NCBI GenBank assembly: GCA_964355135.1
Contig: CAYHCG010000008.1
Location: 423-64,422 of the forward strand
DNA: 64,000 nt
From: Candidatus Woesearchaeota archaeon
Lineage (GTDB): Archaea; Nanobdellota; Nanobdellia; Pacearchaeales; GW2011-AR1
Direction of reading: 5' to 3'
The translations under genes and the position numbers were made by a program. Numbering within the stretch: the stretch's first letter is position 1; each line of letters opens with the position of its first letter. Under the pieces are notes generated by a model, which was given only the letters and a program-made list of their open reading frames with translations, was not told the origin of the DNA and did no database searches. Below are positions 36,818 through 47,043 of this stretch, one piece after another.

Positions 36818-39800
36818 ATGTTGAAGAAAAGGGTTATTTTACTATTGCCGGCGATCCTAATATTAATTTTCTTGCAACTCAGCTTCTCCTCCGCTTTGCT
36901 GGCTAATTTTACTAATGTTACTGGCAGTATAGAAAGATCGTTGAGTACAATCTCATCAACAAACATTATAAATTTTACAATTGGGGCAATTAGTGAAAAC
37001 ATTACGGAAATAAAATTTATTTTAACTGGAAGCCAAAATACAGACCCCGATAAATTTGTTATAGATTCTAACGGCACCAACGCTCCATCCGTGGCATTTT
37101 CTAATGTCTCAATAACAAATGCTAGTATGCCTGGAGGATCATTTACATTAATACTGACTTTCACAAACAATTCCGGAGCAGGTATAATTCCCAATGGGAC
37201 CACTAGAAATTTCTGGTTCAATATTAATTCTAGGAGTACAACTTCTTCTTTAATAAGCGTTTTAGTTAACGCTACGGGAGTTTCAAATACCATTAATCAG
37301 TCGAGTGGAGGCAATAGTATGAGTTTTCCATTTAGCTTTAGATTTAGCGGATATGTTAAAAATGAAAGTGGAGGTTTACAGAATGCAACAAATATTACTA
37401 TGTATCAGTTCACAAACGTCCCGATGGGCCCCCCAATTGAAACGCCGGTTTCTTCTGTTTTGAGCAATGAAAACGGCTCATTCACGTTTACAGGCCTAAG
37501 TTCTTCTGGAGGAATCATGTACACTATGAAAATGATTTATTACAATGCGTCTGGGGTAGCAACAAAAATAGGAACTATCTTGCCCCCATTCCCTGCCGAA
37601 ATGTACTATCCTCAATCTTTTAGCGGAGGCGGTGAACCTGCATATGAGTTCATGAAACCTCCAAGTTTGAACGGCTCAACATTCTATTTGGGGCCTGCGG
37701 CGACAATTTATATTAACGCAACTAATGGGACCACCCTCCAGAGATTTGGTTACATGATTATGGATCAAAAAATAGGTCTTCAGATGGAGAGTAATATGTT
37801 TGGGAATGTAAGTAACATGTCTGCAATTGTACCAATTAATAAAAGATATACTGTGATGCTTGTAAGAGCAAATCAGCAATTTGGAATGTATGCTACATGT
37901 GGCGGAAGTTTTATGAATGATACTGCTTGCAACACTCCTCCAAGATCAAATTCGACTATTTATCCTACCGTTGCAGGGCAAATAACTAATGTTCAACTCA
38001 ATCTTGCAATAAACAGGGTGCAGATGTATGGGTGTATTGAAGTTAGTGGAAATTCCAGCCAGATAACAAATATTACTTCTATTCTACCAAAAATGTTGCC
38101 CTGGGAAGGATTTGTACCTCCTATGAGGCCAGACAACCAAGATATTAATTTGTCTAGTACTGCCCAATTAAATTATTCGGACTCGAGATGTTCTGGGAAA
38201 ATTGCATGGTATAATATAAGCCTGCTAAACTCTAATTATCTTGTAGAATTCTATGGGGCGAAGAATGCAAGCACAAGCAACTCTTCAGAGCATGTCGCGG
38301 CATTTCAAAATGTGAGTTATAGTGGGTTAAGCCAAGGAAATAATACTATGCAAAATATTACTCTTAAACCTCTTGCAGGGGCTTTTGTTGCTGAAGGAAA
38401 CGTGAATACTACAAAAATTAGAATAAATATACAAAATTCTACTGGGGGAGCTATTACACAGGATACGCCGCATGTCGACTTGTTTGTAAGAGATACTACA
38501 ACATTTGGCGAATTGACTTATATTATGGACAATCCAACAAATGGAACTTTTTATATTACCCTGCCTGCAAATTCTACTGCAAAAGTTAAGATATTCTCCA
38601 ATAACGCCCCTCCAAAAGAGAAGACATTGAATTTGAGTTTGTCTGAAACAAATGTAACTTTAATAAGTATGACTGGGGGAGATGGAGGATTTAGAAAAAT
38701 TAATTCTAGCGGTGGAATGGAGGCAATGAATATAACTTCTTCAACTTTTGCAATGCAGATGAAATTCATTAAAGCTGGGGGGAATTGTGACGGACTTTAT
38801 CCAGACAATAGTAGTTGTGTATTAACAAGCACTACTGCAAGCGGGTTTAATCCTATGAGTGCGATGGTTGCGGGCACTATAAATATGGAAATGAAAATGA
38901 CTTCGTCTAATACTTCTATAACTTTCTATAACTTTGATATGCTTGCGGCAAAACAACCTCCGATGGAGAGCGTTTTGAATGATCAAAAATCAGGCGGTTC
39001 GGCAAATGCCCCTGAATGGCAATTTGGAAGTTTTGTCCCGGCTGATGTGTATGATTATGCGATAGTTGCAATGCCTTATTCCGATACAAACATAAACGAC
39101 TCTGCACAAATAAATATTTCTATGTCTAATTTGTATGATGAAAACTGGAATGTCGTTTGGAACTCTTCTAGAGGAGATACTGCGGCAAATTTCACAAATA
39201 ATGTTGATGAATATTTAGGAAATTCTAACAATAGATCTTATAACTCTACGGGATATAGGAACTTTACAGTTAGTGGAGGGGTTGCCTGTAGCACTAGCGA
39301 TTCAAATTTGAACGGAACAAGCCCGAGCGCTTATTGTTTTATCAATACTTCTTCAAATATCATGTATATGCGAGTGCCTCACTTTTCTGGAGTTGCTCCC
39401 TTGATTACAGCTACTGCCCCGGCGACTGCTGCTGCGGCTTCTGATGACGATGATGATGACGATGATAGCTCGAGCAGTTCTACCGCCGGATATTGGAGCA
39501 GCACCTTTAACTTTGCGGATGAGGAGTTTAGTAAGAAAGAAACAATAATAAAGGAAGTAGGAAAGAAACAAAGAATCAAATTAAAGATAAGTAGTGCAAT
39601 ACATTACGTAGGAGTCATTGACCTCACAAGTACCACAGTTACGATAAATGTTTCTTCTATTCCCCAACAAGCAATTCTAGGGATTGGAGAGGAGAAAAAG
39701 TTTGAGATAGATGAGGATGATTTCTACGATGTTTTAGTTAAACTCAATAATTTTGTTAATGGTCGAGCTAATTTAAGCGTGTCCTATCTACATGAAGAAA

Positions 39801-40048
39801 CTCCAACGCAGCCCTTGCCTCCTGCCGAGAATTCTACCTTGGGTAGCAATGAAACAGCAGCAGATACAAATAATGCAAATTTGGACGGGAACACTGCAGA
39901 GTCGGGAGAAGGCACTAAAAGTAGGAGATGGATTTGGATTTTAATAATTATCGTAATAGTGCTCGCTGCGGGCGGGATAATTGGATATAGATATTTGAAG
40001 AAAGAAAGCTATAAATATCATCGCCACTCGGGTTCTTTTTATGCCTAG
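36818..40048 (+). CDS. large surface (S-layer-like) glycoprotein with a C-terminal TM anchor
   Basis: Signal peptide MLKKRVILLLPAILILIFLQLSFSSA. Ser/Thr/Asn-rich with dozens of N-x-S/T sequons. A DDDDDDDDSSSSS linker. TM WIWILIIIVIVLAAGGIIGY and a basic tail. Confidence 0.55.
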   Translation: MLKKRVILLLPAILILIFLQLSFSSALLANFTNVTGSIERSLSTISSTNIINFTIGAISENITEIKFILTGSQNTDPDKFVIDSNGTNAPSVAFSNVSITNASMPGGSFTLILTFTNNSGAGIIPNGTTRNFWFNINSRSTTSSLISVLVNATGVSNTINQSSGGNSMSFPFSFRFSGYVKNESGGLQNATNITMYQFTNVPMGPPIETPVSSVLSNENGSFTFTGLSSSGGIMYTMKMIYYNASGVATKIGTILPPFPAEMYYPQSFSGGGEPAYEFMKPPSLNGSTFYLGPAATIYINATNGTTLQRFGYMIMDQKIGLQMESNMFGNVSNMSAIVPINKRYTVMLVRANQQFGMYATCGGSFMNDTACNTPPRSNSTIYPTVAGQITNVQLNLAINRVQMYGCIEVSGNSSQITNITSILPKMLPWEGFVPPMRPDNQDINLSSTAQLNYSDSRCSGKIAWYNISLLNSNYLVEFYGAKNASTSNSSEHVAAFQNVSYSGLSQGNNTMQNITLKPLAGAFVAEGNVNTTKIRINIQNSTGGAITQDTPHVDLFVRDTTTFGELTYIMDNPTNGTFYITLPANSTAKVKIFSNNAPPKEKTLNLSLSETNVTLISMTGGDGGFRKINSSGGMEAMNITSSTFAMQMKFIKAGGNCDGLYPDNSSCVLTSTTASGFNPMSAMVAGTINMEMKMTSSNTSITFYNFDMLAAKQPPMESVLNDQKSGGSANAPEWQFGSFVPADVYDYAIVAMPYSDTNINDSAQINISMSNLYDENWNVVWNSSRGDTAANFTNNVDEYLGNSNNRSYNSTGYRNFTVSGGVACSTSDSNLNGTSPSAYCFINTSSNIMYMRVPHFSGVAPLITATAPATAAAASDDDDDDDDSSSSSTAGYWSSTFNFADEEFSKKETIIKEVGKKQRIKLKISSAIHYVGVIDLTSTTVTINVSSIPQQAILGIGEEKKFEIDEDDFYDVLVKLNNFVNGRANLSVSYLHEETPTQPLPPAENSTLGSNETAADTNNANLDGNTAESGEGTKSRRWIWILIIIVIVLAAGGIIGYRYLKKESYKYHRHSGSFYA

Positions 40049-40285
40049 AAATAAATCGGGAATTATCGGATTGACAAATATAAGAAATTATGATAGAATC
40101 CCTCCATTATTTTTATTTGTGTTTTTATCTTTTATTCTTTTTTTAGTAGGTCTTCTAATTAAAATAAACCTGCTCTGGCAATTGACAGGATTTTTCCTTT
40201 TTGTTTATGTTGCAGCCATAGTTGTTTGGATAAAAACAAACGTATAGTCCGCTAAATTTAAATACTAAATAAGGCATTATTAAAT

Positions 40286-40711
40286 ATGGTTTTAGAAAAT
40301 ATCGATGTAAACTATTTCGCAATTCTTATTGCCGCTATTGCTTCTATGATTATCGGAGGACTGTGGTATTCTCCTATTTTGTTTGGAAACATCTGGATAA
40401 AACTTTCAGGATTCACTAATAAAGAAAAGGACAAAGCCAAACAAAGGGGAATGGCAAAATTTTACATTATAGCCCTTATTGGTTCTTTAGTAACTTCCTT
40501 TGTTTTAGCGCATTTTGTTAAATATATGGGAATTACCAGTATAGGCGGAGCATTACAACTAGCATTCTGGATTTGGGTAGGTTTTATTGCTACGGTAATG
40601 CTAGGAACAGTAATCTGGGAAGGAAAACCTGTAAAGTTATATTTGATTAACGCCGTTTATCAACTAGTCTCTTTCTCAGTTGCAGCTGTAATTCTTACCC
40701 TCTGGGCTTAA
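40286..40711 (+). CDS. DUF1761-like membrane protein
   Basis: INYFAILIAAIASMIIGGLWYSPILFGNIW pattern. 4 TM segments. Confidence 0.4.
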   Translation: MVLENIDVNYFAILIAAIASMIIGGLWYSPILFGNIWIKLSGFTNKEKDKAKQRGMAKFYIIALIGSLVTSFVLAHFVKYMGITSIGGALQLAFWIWVGFIATVMLGTVIWEGKPVKLYLINAVYQLVSFSVAAVILTLWA

Positions 40712-40713
40712 AG

Positions 40714-41343
40714 ATGTTTAGTAAAGAAGAGCTAAAGATAATAGAAAAATTGAATACTCCTAAGAAGATTCAAGATTTCTTGAATGCTTTGAAAACAAAT
40801 TTTGAAGAAATGGGAGATACTTGCATGTCTCCACGCAAAGTTCTGCGAGAAAGAAAAGCGCATTGTGTTGAAGGGGCCGTTTTTGCTGCTGCTGTGCTAA
40901 ATGTGCACGGATTCAAACCTTTAATTGTGGATTTAGAATCAAATAATAAAGATTTCGATCATGTAATTGCGGTTTTTAAGAGAGGATCACACTGGGGAGC
41001 ACTCAGCAAAACCAATCACGCAATTTTACGTTATCGAGAACCAATTTATAGCTCGATAAGAGAACTTGTTATGTCCTATTTTCATGAATATTTTTTAGAT
41101 AATGGTGTAAAAACACTAAGAAAATACAGTTTGCCTGTAGATTTATCTAAGTTCGATAATAAAGATTGGATGACTAGCGAAGAAGACATCTGGTATATTC
41201 CAGAGCACTTATTAGAAGTTAAGCATTTTGACATACTTAATAAATCGCAGATAAAATATTTAAGAAATGCTGATTCTCTTGAAATTAAAGCAGGAAAACT
41301 AGTTGAACAAAAATCAAAGAAAAAGGATGTTTGGAAAGGATAA
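40714..41343 (+). CDS. transglutaminase-like Cys-His-Asp fold protein (putative cysteine peptidase/acyltransferase)
   Basis: AHCVEGAVFAAAVL ... DHVIAVF spacing is consistent with a Cys-His-Asp triad. Confidence 0.3.
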   Translation: MFSKEELKIIEKLNTPKKIQDFLNALKTNFEEMGDTCMSPRKVLRERKAHCVEGAVFAAAVLNVHGFKPLIVDLESNNKDFDHVIAVFKRGSHWGALSKTNHAILRYREPIYSSIRELVMSYFHEYFLDNGVKTLRKYSLPVDLSKFDNKDWMTSEEDIWYIPEHLLEVKHFDILNKSQIKYLRNADSLEIKAGKLVEQKSKKKDVWKG

Positions 41344-41382
41344 CTTTGCAAAGTTTAAATATAGTTAATTCCTAAGAAATAA

Positions 41383-41697
41383 ATGGGCAAAGGTAATGGA
41401 TTATTGATTGCAGGGGCAGTGTTATTAATAATAGGATTTTTCCTTATTTTGGCTTCTGTATTCTCCTTTTATGGTGGTGCGATGATGGGCGGAAGTGTTG
41501 GAATGATAATAACTTTTCCTCTACTTTTCATAGGCGCTGTTCTAATAATTGCAGGCATTGCAAAAAAAGTTTATTCCAATATTGATAAATTGGGAGAGGG
41601 TTTAGCTAAGAAAACAGCAAAGTCAACTGAAATGAGATATGAATCTCTTGGTAAAGGATTGGGTAAAGGTCTGAAAAAAGGACTCTTTACAAATTAG
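41383..41697 (+). CDS. small membrane protein with a Gly/Lys-rich tail
   Basis: Two TM segments. GKGLGKGLKKG tail. Confidence 0.3.
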   Translation: MGKGNGLLIAGAVLLIIGFFLILASVFSFYGGAMMGGSVGMIITFPLLFIGAVLIIAGIAKKVYSNIDKLGEGLAKKTAKSTEMRYESLGKGLGKGLKKGLFTN

Positions 41698-41735
41698 GGG
41701 CTGTTTGGACAGCTGTTTAAAACAGCCGTTTATAT

Positions 41736-42473
41736 TTAAGCAGGGCATTCGCCTTGAGTATAATATAGAACATCCTCGTTTGAACATCCAACACAACTAT
41801 TTGAATAAGTTTGAGCACATGGATAACGTATGCATTGTATCTTTTCAGGATTAAACCAACCGCACACAGGTTGATAAATAGCGATGCAGGCTTGTGCGTT
41901 TCTGTTTTCTGCAGCACAGTAGATTCTTTCTTCATTTTCTCCGCCTTGTCCTGAAATTAGAGAGATTAAACTGTTAAGATCTTCTTCTGTTTGAACATCA
42001 ATATTTAACCTTCTTCCCGCGTTTTCTATAAGCATTTCAATCCCTTCATCAGTCAAAGTGCCGTCTGCAGAAGTTATTTCATTACTAGTTTTTATGAATT
42101 GAAGATTATTATTTTGGAATTCCCATCTTCCGCCAATTGCTTGAGCATTGTCAAAATCAGCATCAATTAAACCTGGGAAAACACCTTGGTAGAGTGGCGG
42201 ATCGAATCCTTCGATAGGCATGGCTACTGACTTCTCGATTGCTTTCTGTCTAAATAGTTCAACAAGTGAAGAATCAGTTGAAATATCTTCTGTGAAGGTC
42301 TGGCCATTTGCTCTGCATTGTCTTGGATAACTTTCCATAATAGGATATCCTGCCGCAGAACATTCTTCAAAATTAGTTATAATAGCTCGCGCAGGTAGTA
42401 AAAAATAAATGATAATTCCCAATATAATGGCCAAAATAGCTGCGATTGGGATTATTGGAGCCTTATTTTTCAT
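41736..42473 (-). CDS. membrane-anchored secreted protein with a C-terminal Kazal-like domain
   Basis: C-terminal CIAIYQPVCGWFNPEKIQCIRYPCAQTYSNSCVGC resembles the Kazal C..Y.PVCG....TY.N.C..C pattern. Confidence 0.4.
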   Translation of the reverse strand: MKNKAPIIPIAAILAIILGIIIYFLLPARAIITNFEECSAAGYPIMESYPRQCRANGQTFTEDISTDSSLVELFRQKAIEKSVAMPIEGFDPPLYQGVFPGLIDADFDNAQAIGGRWEFQNNNLQFIKTSNEITSADGTLTDEGIEMLIENAGRRLNIDVQTEEDLNSLISLISGQGGENEERIYCAAENRNAQACIAIYQPVCGWFNPEKIQCIRYPCAQTYSNSCVGCSNEDVLYYTQGECPA

Positions 42474-42562
42474 TAAATTAATAATACAAACTTATATTTA
42501 AACTTCTTGTTGAATTCAATCGAAATTGAAGTAAAAATGCAAACAGTTAAAAAGGATATTTC

Positions 42563-43006
42563 TTGGTTTATAAAATGATTAAGAAAGGCGACAAATTAAA
42601 AGTAGATTATGAAGGTCGATTTGAAGACGGAGAAGTTTTTGATTCTTCAAGTCATGGCGATCACTCGCATCCTTTAGAATTTACTGTTGGAGAAGGTCAC
42701 GTAATTAAGGGCTTTGACGACGCAGTTATTGGAATGAAAAAAGGAGAGGAGAAAGAATTTGAGATTGAAGCACAAGACGCATACGGCGAAGTAAAAGAAG
42801 AATTAAAGCAAAAAGTGCCTAGAGCAGAATTAGGCGATTTGCCGGAACTAAAAAAAGGAATGGTTTTGATGTTGCAAACGCCTGACGGGCATAAAATGCC
42901 TGTGAATGTTGCAGACGTCGATGCAACGACAGTAACTTTAGATTTAAATCATCCTTTAGCAGGGAAAAAACTTATTTTTAAGATAAAAATTGTTGATATT
43001 GAGTAA
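42563..43006 (+). CDS. FKBP-type peptidyl-prolyl cis-trans isomerase
   Basis: KGDKLKVDYEGRFEDGEVFDSS...FTVGEGHVIKGFDDAVIGMKKGE matches the FKBP core, with an inserted flap domain. Confidence 0.85.
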   Translation: MVYKMIKKGDKLKVDYEGRFEDGEVFDSSSHGDHSHPLEFTVGEGHVIKGFDDAVIGMKKGEEKEFEIEAQDAYGEVKEELKQKVPRAELGDLPELKKGMVLMLQTPDGHKMPVNVADVDATTVTLDLNHPLAGKKLIFKIKIVDIE

Positions 43007-43298
43007 AAGAAAGATTTAAATTTCTAATTTTTAACATTTATGTATGAAAATTTTTGAAAAAGAGGCCAAAGACATCTATATCGGGGAAATGATAGAAGGA
43101 GTGAATGAACATCTAAAGAAATACAAAAATAGGAAGATGAGCGTTGTTGATCTAGATGCTCTGTTTAGATAAAGATACAAAAATTTAAGGCATGATTTGA
43201 GCGAGCTGAAAAGAGTTCATATTGATGGCAGTTTTGTATTAATATTTAAGGTTGATTTGGCCCATAATTATTGAATTTTGAATTAACGATTTAATAAA

Positions 43299-43574
43299 TT
43301 AAGGAAAAAGGCCTCTAGAAGAATCTTCATTTTTTCTATAGTCTCTTGAATTTCCTGCTTCGTCCATTTCTGATCCTCTATCGTGCATCGGATTATATAT
43401 TGCGATTATCTCTAAATCATTTCTGCGCCTTTCTTCAACTTTTTCAAGAACATATGCTGTTGCACCTAACATTATTGCCCCGGCTACTAATCCGGGCAGT
43501 ACTTCAGGTAATAATTCAGCCACCATAAATCTTCTGTATCGTGTCCGTGCACTTATTCTTCTTTCATCTAGCAT
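43299..43574 (-). CDS. hypothetical protein (island ORF)
   Basis: ORF with composition atypical for this genome (Arg/Glu-rich, higher GC). Confidence 0.3.
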   Translation of the reverse strand: MLDERRISARTRYRRFMVAELLPEVLPGLVAGAIMLGATAYVLEKVEERRRNDLEIIAIYNPMHDRGSEMDEAGNSRDYRKNEDSSRGLFP

Positions 43575-43703
43575 GTTTAAACCAAGGATTGCCCTATTAT
43601 AAACTTTTCTTAGTATTAAACGAACTCTTGTGCTAGGCTCAAACTTGTTAGAGAAAGCTGAAAGGTTTAGCTTTGGGTAAAGGTTTAAATAAGAAGAAAA
43701 AAC

Positions 43704-44150
43704 TTGATTTTTATGGAAAATGTAAGTAAATATCGACAGTTAAGGGGAGAAGTTGCTGCATTGAGATTTATCAATGAACAAACAGGATATGATTTAGATA
43801 TTAGAAAAACTATAGAAAGAAAATATATATTTGAGAAAATTTTTGATAAAGAAGGATCAATTAACGAGGGAATAGGTATTGGATTAACAATCGCAACTAT
43901 GGGGTTGCCGATGTTGGCAGGTCTTGTTTCCGCGGCAGTCGCTCTAAAAGGATTTGTTTCGCCTAAAGTGTCCGGTTTAGGGGGGGCAGTCCTGGGTTTG
44001 ATTACGGGAGGTTTCCTACATCACTACACTTTAGGGAGATGGGAGAGATCTTATTCAATGGTTAAAAAAGCTAAGGCCTATAAGGGAGTATATGACTCTG
44101 AAGGCATTGAAGGATTGATAGCTAAAGATATGGGATTCGATAAATTCTAA
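43704..44150 (+). CDS. hypothetical glycine-zipper membrane protein
   Basis: GIGIGLTIATMGLPMLAGLVSAAVALKG. Confidence 0.3.
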   Translation: MIFMENVSKYRQLRGEVAALRFINEQTGYDLDIRKTIERKYIFEKIFDKEGSINEGIGIGLTIATMGLPMLAGLVSAAVALKGFVSPKVSGLGGAVLGLITGGFLHHYTLGRWERSYSMVKKAKAYKGVYDSEGIEGLIAKDMGFDKF

Positions 44151-44263
44151 ATTTGTAGAGCTTCTAATCAAGTTTTATTAAAAGAATTCAGATTCGTTCG
44201 TTTAATTCGATTTTTAGGCTCTAAAACTTCGGGTAATCAATCTTGTGCGAACTCTTGTTAAAT

Positions 44264-44749
44264 TTAACGTAAAAGATTCTTTCTTTTTGCAAATAATCTC
44301 GAACTTCTGTCCAAATAATAAGGCAAATCTAGTTTTTTTGCCTGTTCGAGTAAAGGAACCAGGTTTGACCCATAAAAGTTTATTTGTCGATCATCTTCAA
44401 ATAGAGTATTTGGACATGTTGGAATCGTGATTAAAACTCCTTTATTTCCATAAAACAATGTGCTTACTATATCGCGGCCCCAAGGACCCGTTTTACGAAG
44501 CGATCCATTTTTAAGTTTATTAATAGCAGATTCATATGCCTCCGTAGTAACATGCCCGTTGAAACCGTAAGGGACATCTGGTAAATCGTGTTCGGGACCT
44601 CTCCAAAATTCTATTTTCGAGCTAGACGGTTTTCTAGGATTAAACATCAATTGGATTACTGGCCTTTTCATAAAAACCCTACTTTTAATCCATATAAAAA
44701 CCTTTCCCTTTGTTGTTCCCGCAGGAGATAACATATACCGAGCGAACAA
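44264..44749 (-). CDS. hypothetical protein (island ORF, atypical composition)
   Basis: ORF with no recognisable motif. Confidence 0.3.
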   Translation of the reverse strand: MFARYMLSPAGTTKGKVFIWIKSRVFMKRPVIQLMFNPRKPSSSKIEFWRGPEHDLPDVPYGFNGHVTTEAYESAINKLKNGSLRKTGPWGRDIVSTLFYGNKGVLITIPTCPNTLFEDDRQINFYGSNLVPLLEQAKKLDLPYYLDRSSRLFAKRKNLLR

Positions 44750-44768
44750 CGTCGATCTAATAAACTTA

Positions 44769-45071
44769 TTAATTGTGCGAACTCTTGCGATTTTTACCTT
44801 GAGTTTTTTTAGATAATGGGGAAATATTTACTATCCGGTAAGCATCTTTACCAATAGATATAGATTCTACACTTATCCTATCGCCCGATGATATGTTTTG
44901 ATGATCAGTGCCTCGATAATCAATAGATGTTGAACTCCAAGGTACAGAAATAGACAAAATTCTCATTGGTGGACCATCATATACCTGTCCCCCTACAATA
45001 AAGGGATCTATATATGTCTGCCCTACCACCCTACCTTCGTCCGTTCTTCTTTGAGCCGCAGGATAATCCAT
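44769..45071 (-). CDS. hypothetical protein (island ORF)
   Basis: ORF only. Confidence 0.25.
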   Translation of the reverse strand: MDYPAAQRRTDEGRVVGQTYIDPFIVGGQVYDGPPMRILSISVPWSSTSIDYRGTDHQNISSGDRISVESISIGKDAYRIVNISPLSKKTQGKNRKSSHN

Positions 45072-45117
45072 GAAAATCCTACTTTTTCCCAGTATAAAAA
45101 CCTATCTTTTTGATACC

Positions 45118-45144
45118 GAGCGCGTTCGGCGCTTCGCGCCTCAC
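45118..45144. repeat. GC-rich hairpin repeat GCGTTCGGCGCTTCGCGCCTCAC (copy 1). Copy 2 is at 46586-46613.
   Basis: Two near-identical ~70-bp intergenic segments. The GGCGC-ttc-GCGCC stem-loop stands out in an AT-rich genome. Confidence 0.7.
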
Positions 45145-45230
45145 TCTTTAGTGCAGCTAATTTTTTTAATAGGGGCGGAAAAATGTTGTTTTGGAATTTT
45201 GATAGATTAAACGAACTCTTCTGTCCTCAA

Positions 45231-45644
45231 TTATGCGGCAAAGTGAGACATTTTTTCTCGCTGAAGAGCAAGAGATATAGCTCTTTCTCCGACGTAGCTT
45301 GTAGGTATGGGTCCAAATTGTTCAGAAATATGGCCCCTTAATCTTTCGATAGCATTTTTAGTCACCCCATAATCACTAATTTCCTCGGAAAAATAAAGAT
45401 TTATCAAATCGCTAGGTGTTCCGTATAATGTTCTTTCTATAATTTTATCTTTGCAACGCCTCGTCCAATGCCTGAATTTCTGATCTATTTTTAAAGCAAG
45501 ATCTCTTCTCTGTTCTTTTTCTCTCTTATCTAAGTGCGAATATGCTCCTGCTAAGATATCTAGCCCTTCAGTAGTTTCATCCTGGAATGGGAGAAACCTT
45601 GGATTTTCGTCAATATCTTGATCTATAGTTAATTGAAATGTCAT
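45231..45644 (-). CDS. hypothetical protein (island ORF)
   Basis: ORF only. Confidence 0.3.
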   Translation of the reverse strand: MTFQLTIDQDIDENPRFLPFQDETTEGLDILAGAYSHLDKREKEQRRDLALKIDQKFRHWTRRCKDKIIERTLYGTPSDLINLYFSEEISDYGVTKNAIERLRGHISEQFGPIPTSYVGERAISLALQREKMSHFAA

Positions 45645-45750
45645 AAAAAGTCCTGCTTGTGACCCTATAAAAAGCTTTGCTTTTTCTCGATTAAACGAGC
45701 TCTTGCCCCTAGATCAAATATTTAAGAGATGCTAAGAAGTTTGAGCATGA

Positions 45751-46002
45751 TTATTTCTTGTAAATTCTTTCTCTATGGCCGATTTCAATAACGTAGATAA
45801 CTAACTGCATATCTTTAATATCTAAAATAATCCTATAATCGTCGACTCTTGCCCTATAATAATTACTGTTATACAAGCGTTTTACAAATTTATGAGGCCT
45901 TATTTTTATTCTTTCTATAGCAGAACCAATCCTATTTCTGATTTCTTGAGGTAGTTGGATTAGTTGATTTTTTGCCTCATTTGTAAAAATAATCTCATAC
46001 AT
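45751..46002 (-). CDS. RelE/ParE-family toxin
   Basis: MYEIIFTNEAKNQLIQLPQEIRNRIGSAIERI...YRARVDDYRIILDIKDMQLVIYVIEIGHRERIY. Overlaps the upstream antitoxin by 8 nt. Confidence 0.6.
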   Translation of the reverse strand: MYEIIFTNEAKNQLIQLPQEIRNRIGSAIERIKIRPHKFVKRLYNSNYYRARVDDYRIILDIKDMQLVIYVIEIGHRERIYKK

Positions 46003-46219
46003 CGACGTTCAACTCCTTTTTAACGTCTTCCCATTTGTGAATTCTGCCTTTCTTTATGTCCTCTTCGGATTTTGCAATACTCTTTTTAGTTTCTTCACTC
46101 AATTCTTCTCTGTCCCCTATTAAATCCCAAATTAAGTCTTCATAGCTTTCTTTCTCAGAAAGTTTAAGATTTTTAAGCTTGCTTACTAATTCCTTGCTTA
46201 TTTGTATTGTCGTATCCAT
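45995..46219 (-). CDS. antitoxin partner of the RelE-like toxin
   Basis: 74-aa acidic protein immediately upstream, translationally coupled. Confidence 0.5.
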   Translation of the reverse strand: MDTTIQISKELVSKLKNLKLSEKESYEDLIWDLIGDREELSEETKKSIAKSEEDIKKGRIHKWEDVKKELNVDV

Positions 46220-46299
46220 AGCAATACTATAACTTGCTATGGTATTTAAATTTTTCTCTTGTTGAGCGTATTAAGAGAGGCTAAGAAGTTTGAGCATTG

Positions 46300-46542
46300 T
46301 TATTTCCACGATTTGGAAGCCTCTGCCAATATTTCCAAATCTTTTTTAGTCATAGAAATAACATGTTTATCATGAAGATGCCGTAAAATATGCATATCTG
46401 CCTGCGCGTTTCCAAAATCAACTCTCATCGTATTATTATCTAAAGAATATGAACCGACCGAGTATCTTTTGCCATCGGAAGCAAGATATATTCTGCCCTT
46501 GGGTCCATCTTCAGTAAAAATATGATCATATAAAGTTTCCAT
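46300..46542 (-). CDS. hypothetical protein (island ORF)
   Basis: ORF only. Confidence 0.25.
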   Translation of the reverse strand: METLYDHIFTEDGPKGRIYLASDGKRYSVGSYSLDNNTMRVDFGNAQADMHILRHLHDKHVISMTKKDLEILAEASKSWK

Positions 46543-46657
46543 AATTACGACAGAGAATAAGGGTTTTTAATATTTATTGTGATGTCAGCGGCGTTCGGCG
46601 CTTCGCGCCTCACACTCTAATGTGGCTATTTTATTTTAGATTTGGGACGGATTTTTA

Positions 46658-46906
46658 TTATTCTTTAACAAAGTCGTCTAAAGCCGTTTCTAGCCTTCGA
46701 TCTTTACTATCTCCTGGTGCAAAAACAGAAACAGAGAATCTTGCGTGGGGAGTGCCTACGCCGATATATCCAATTGCCCCACAATATATGCCATTATCAT
46801 ATATCCTTTCTCCATCAAATTCAAACTTTTTGCCAGATAAATATTTCTTAATCTTGTCAACATCTTCTAATTCTTCTACTGTGTACAAAACACTTTCTCT
46901 TATCAT
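46658..46906 (-). CDS. hypothetical protein (island ORF)
   Basis: ORF only. Confidence 0.25.
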   Translation of the reverse strand: MIRESVLYTVEELEDVDKIKKYLSGKKFEFDGERIYDNGIYCGAIGYIGVGTPHARFSVSVFAPGDSKDRRLETALDDFVKE

Positions 46907-47043
46907 CGAGTCATATTAATAATTTAGTATAAAAATCTTTCTTTTTTATGAATTAAACGTACTTTTCTCCTTTAGAGACCCGAAAACTTCGTACAAGTAC
47001 TATTAAGCGAAGTCTTGCTCTATGAAGAAATTGATGGATTTAT

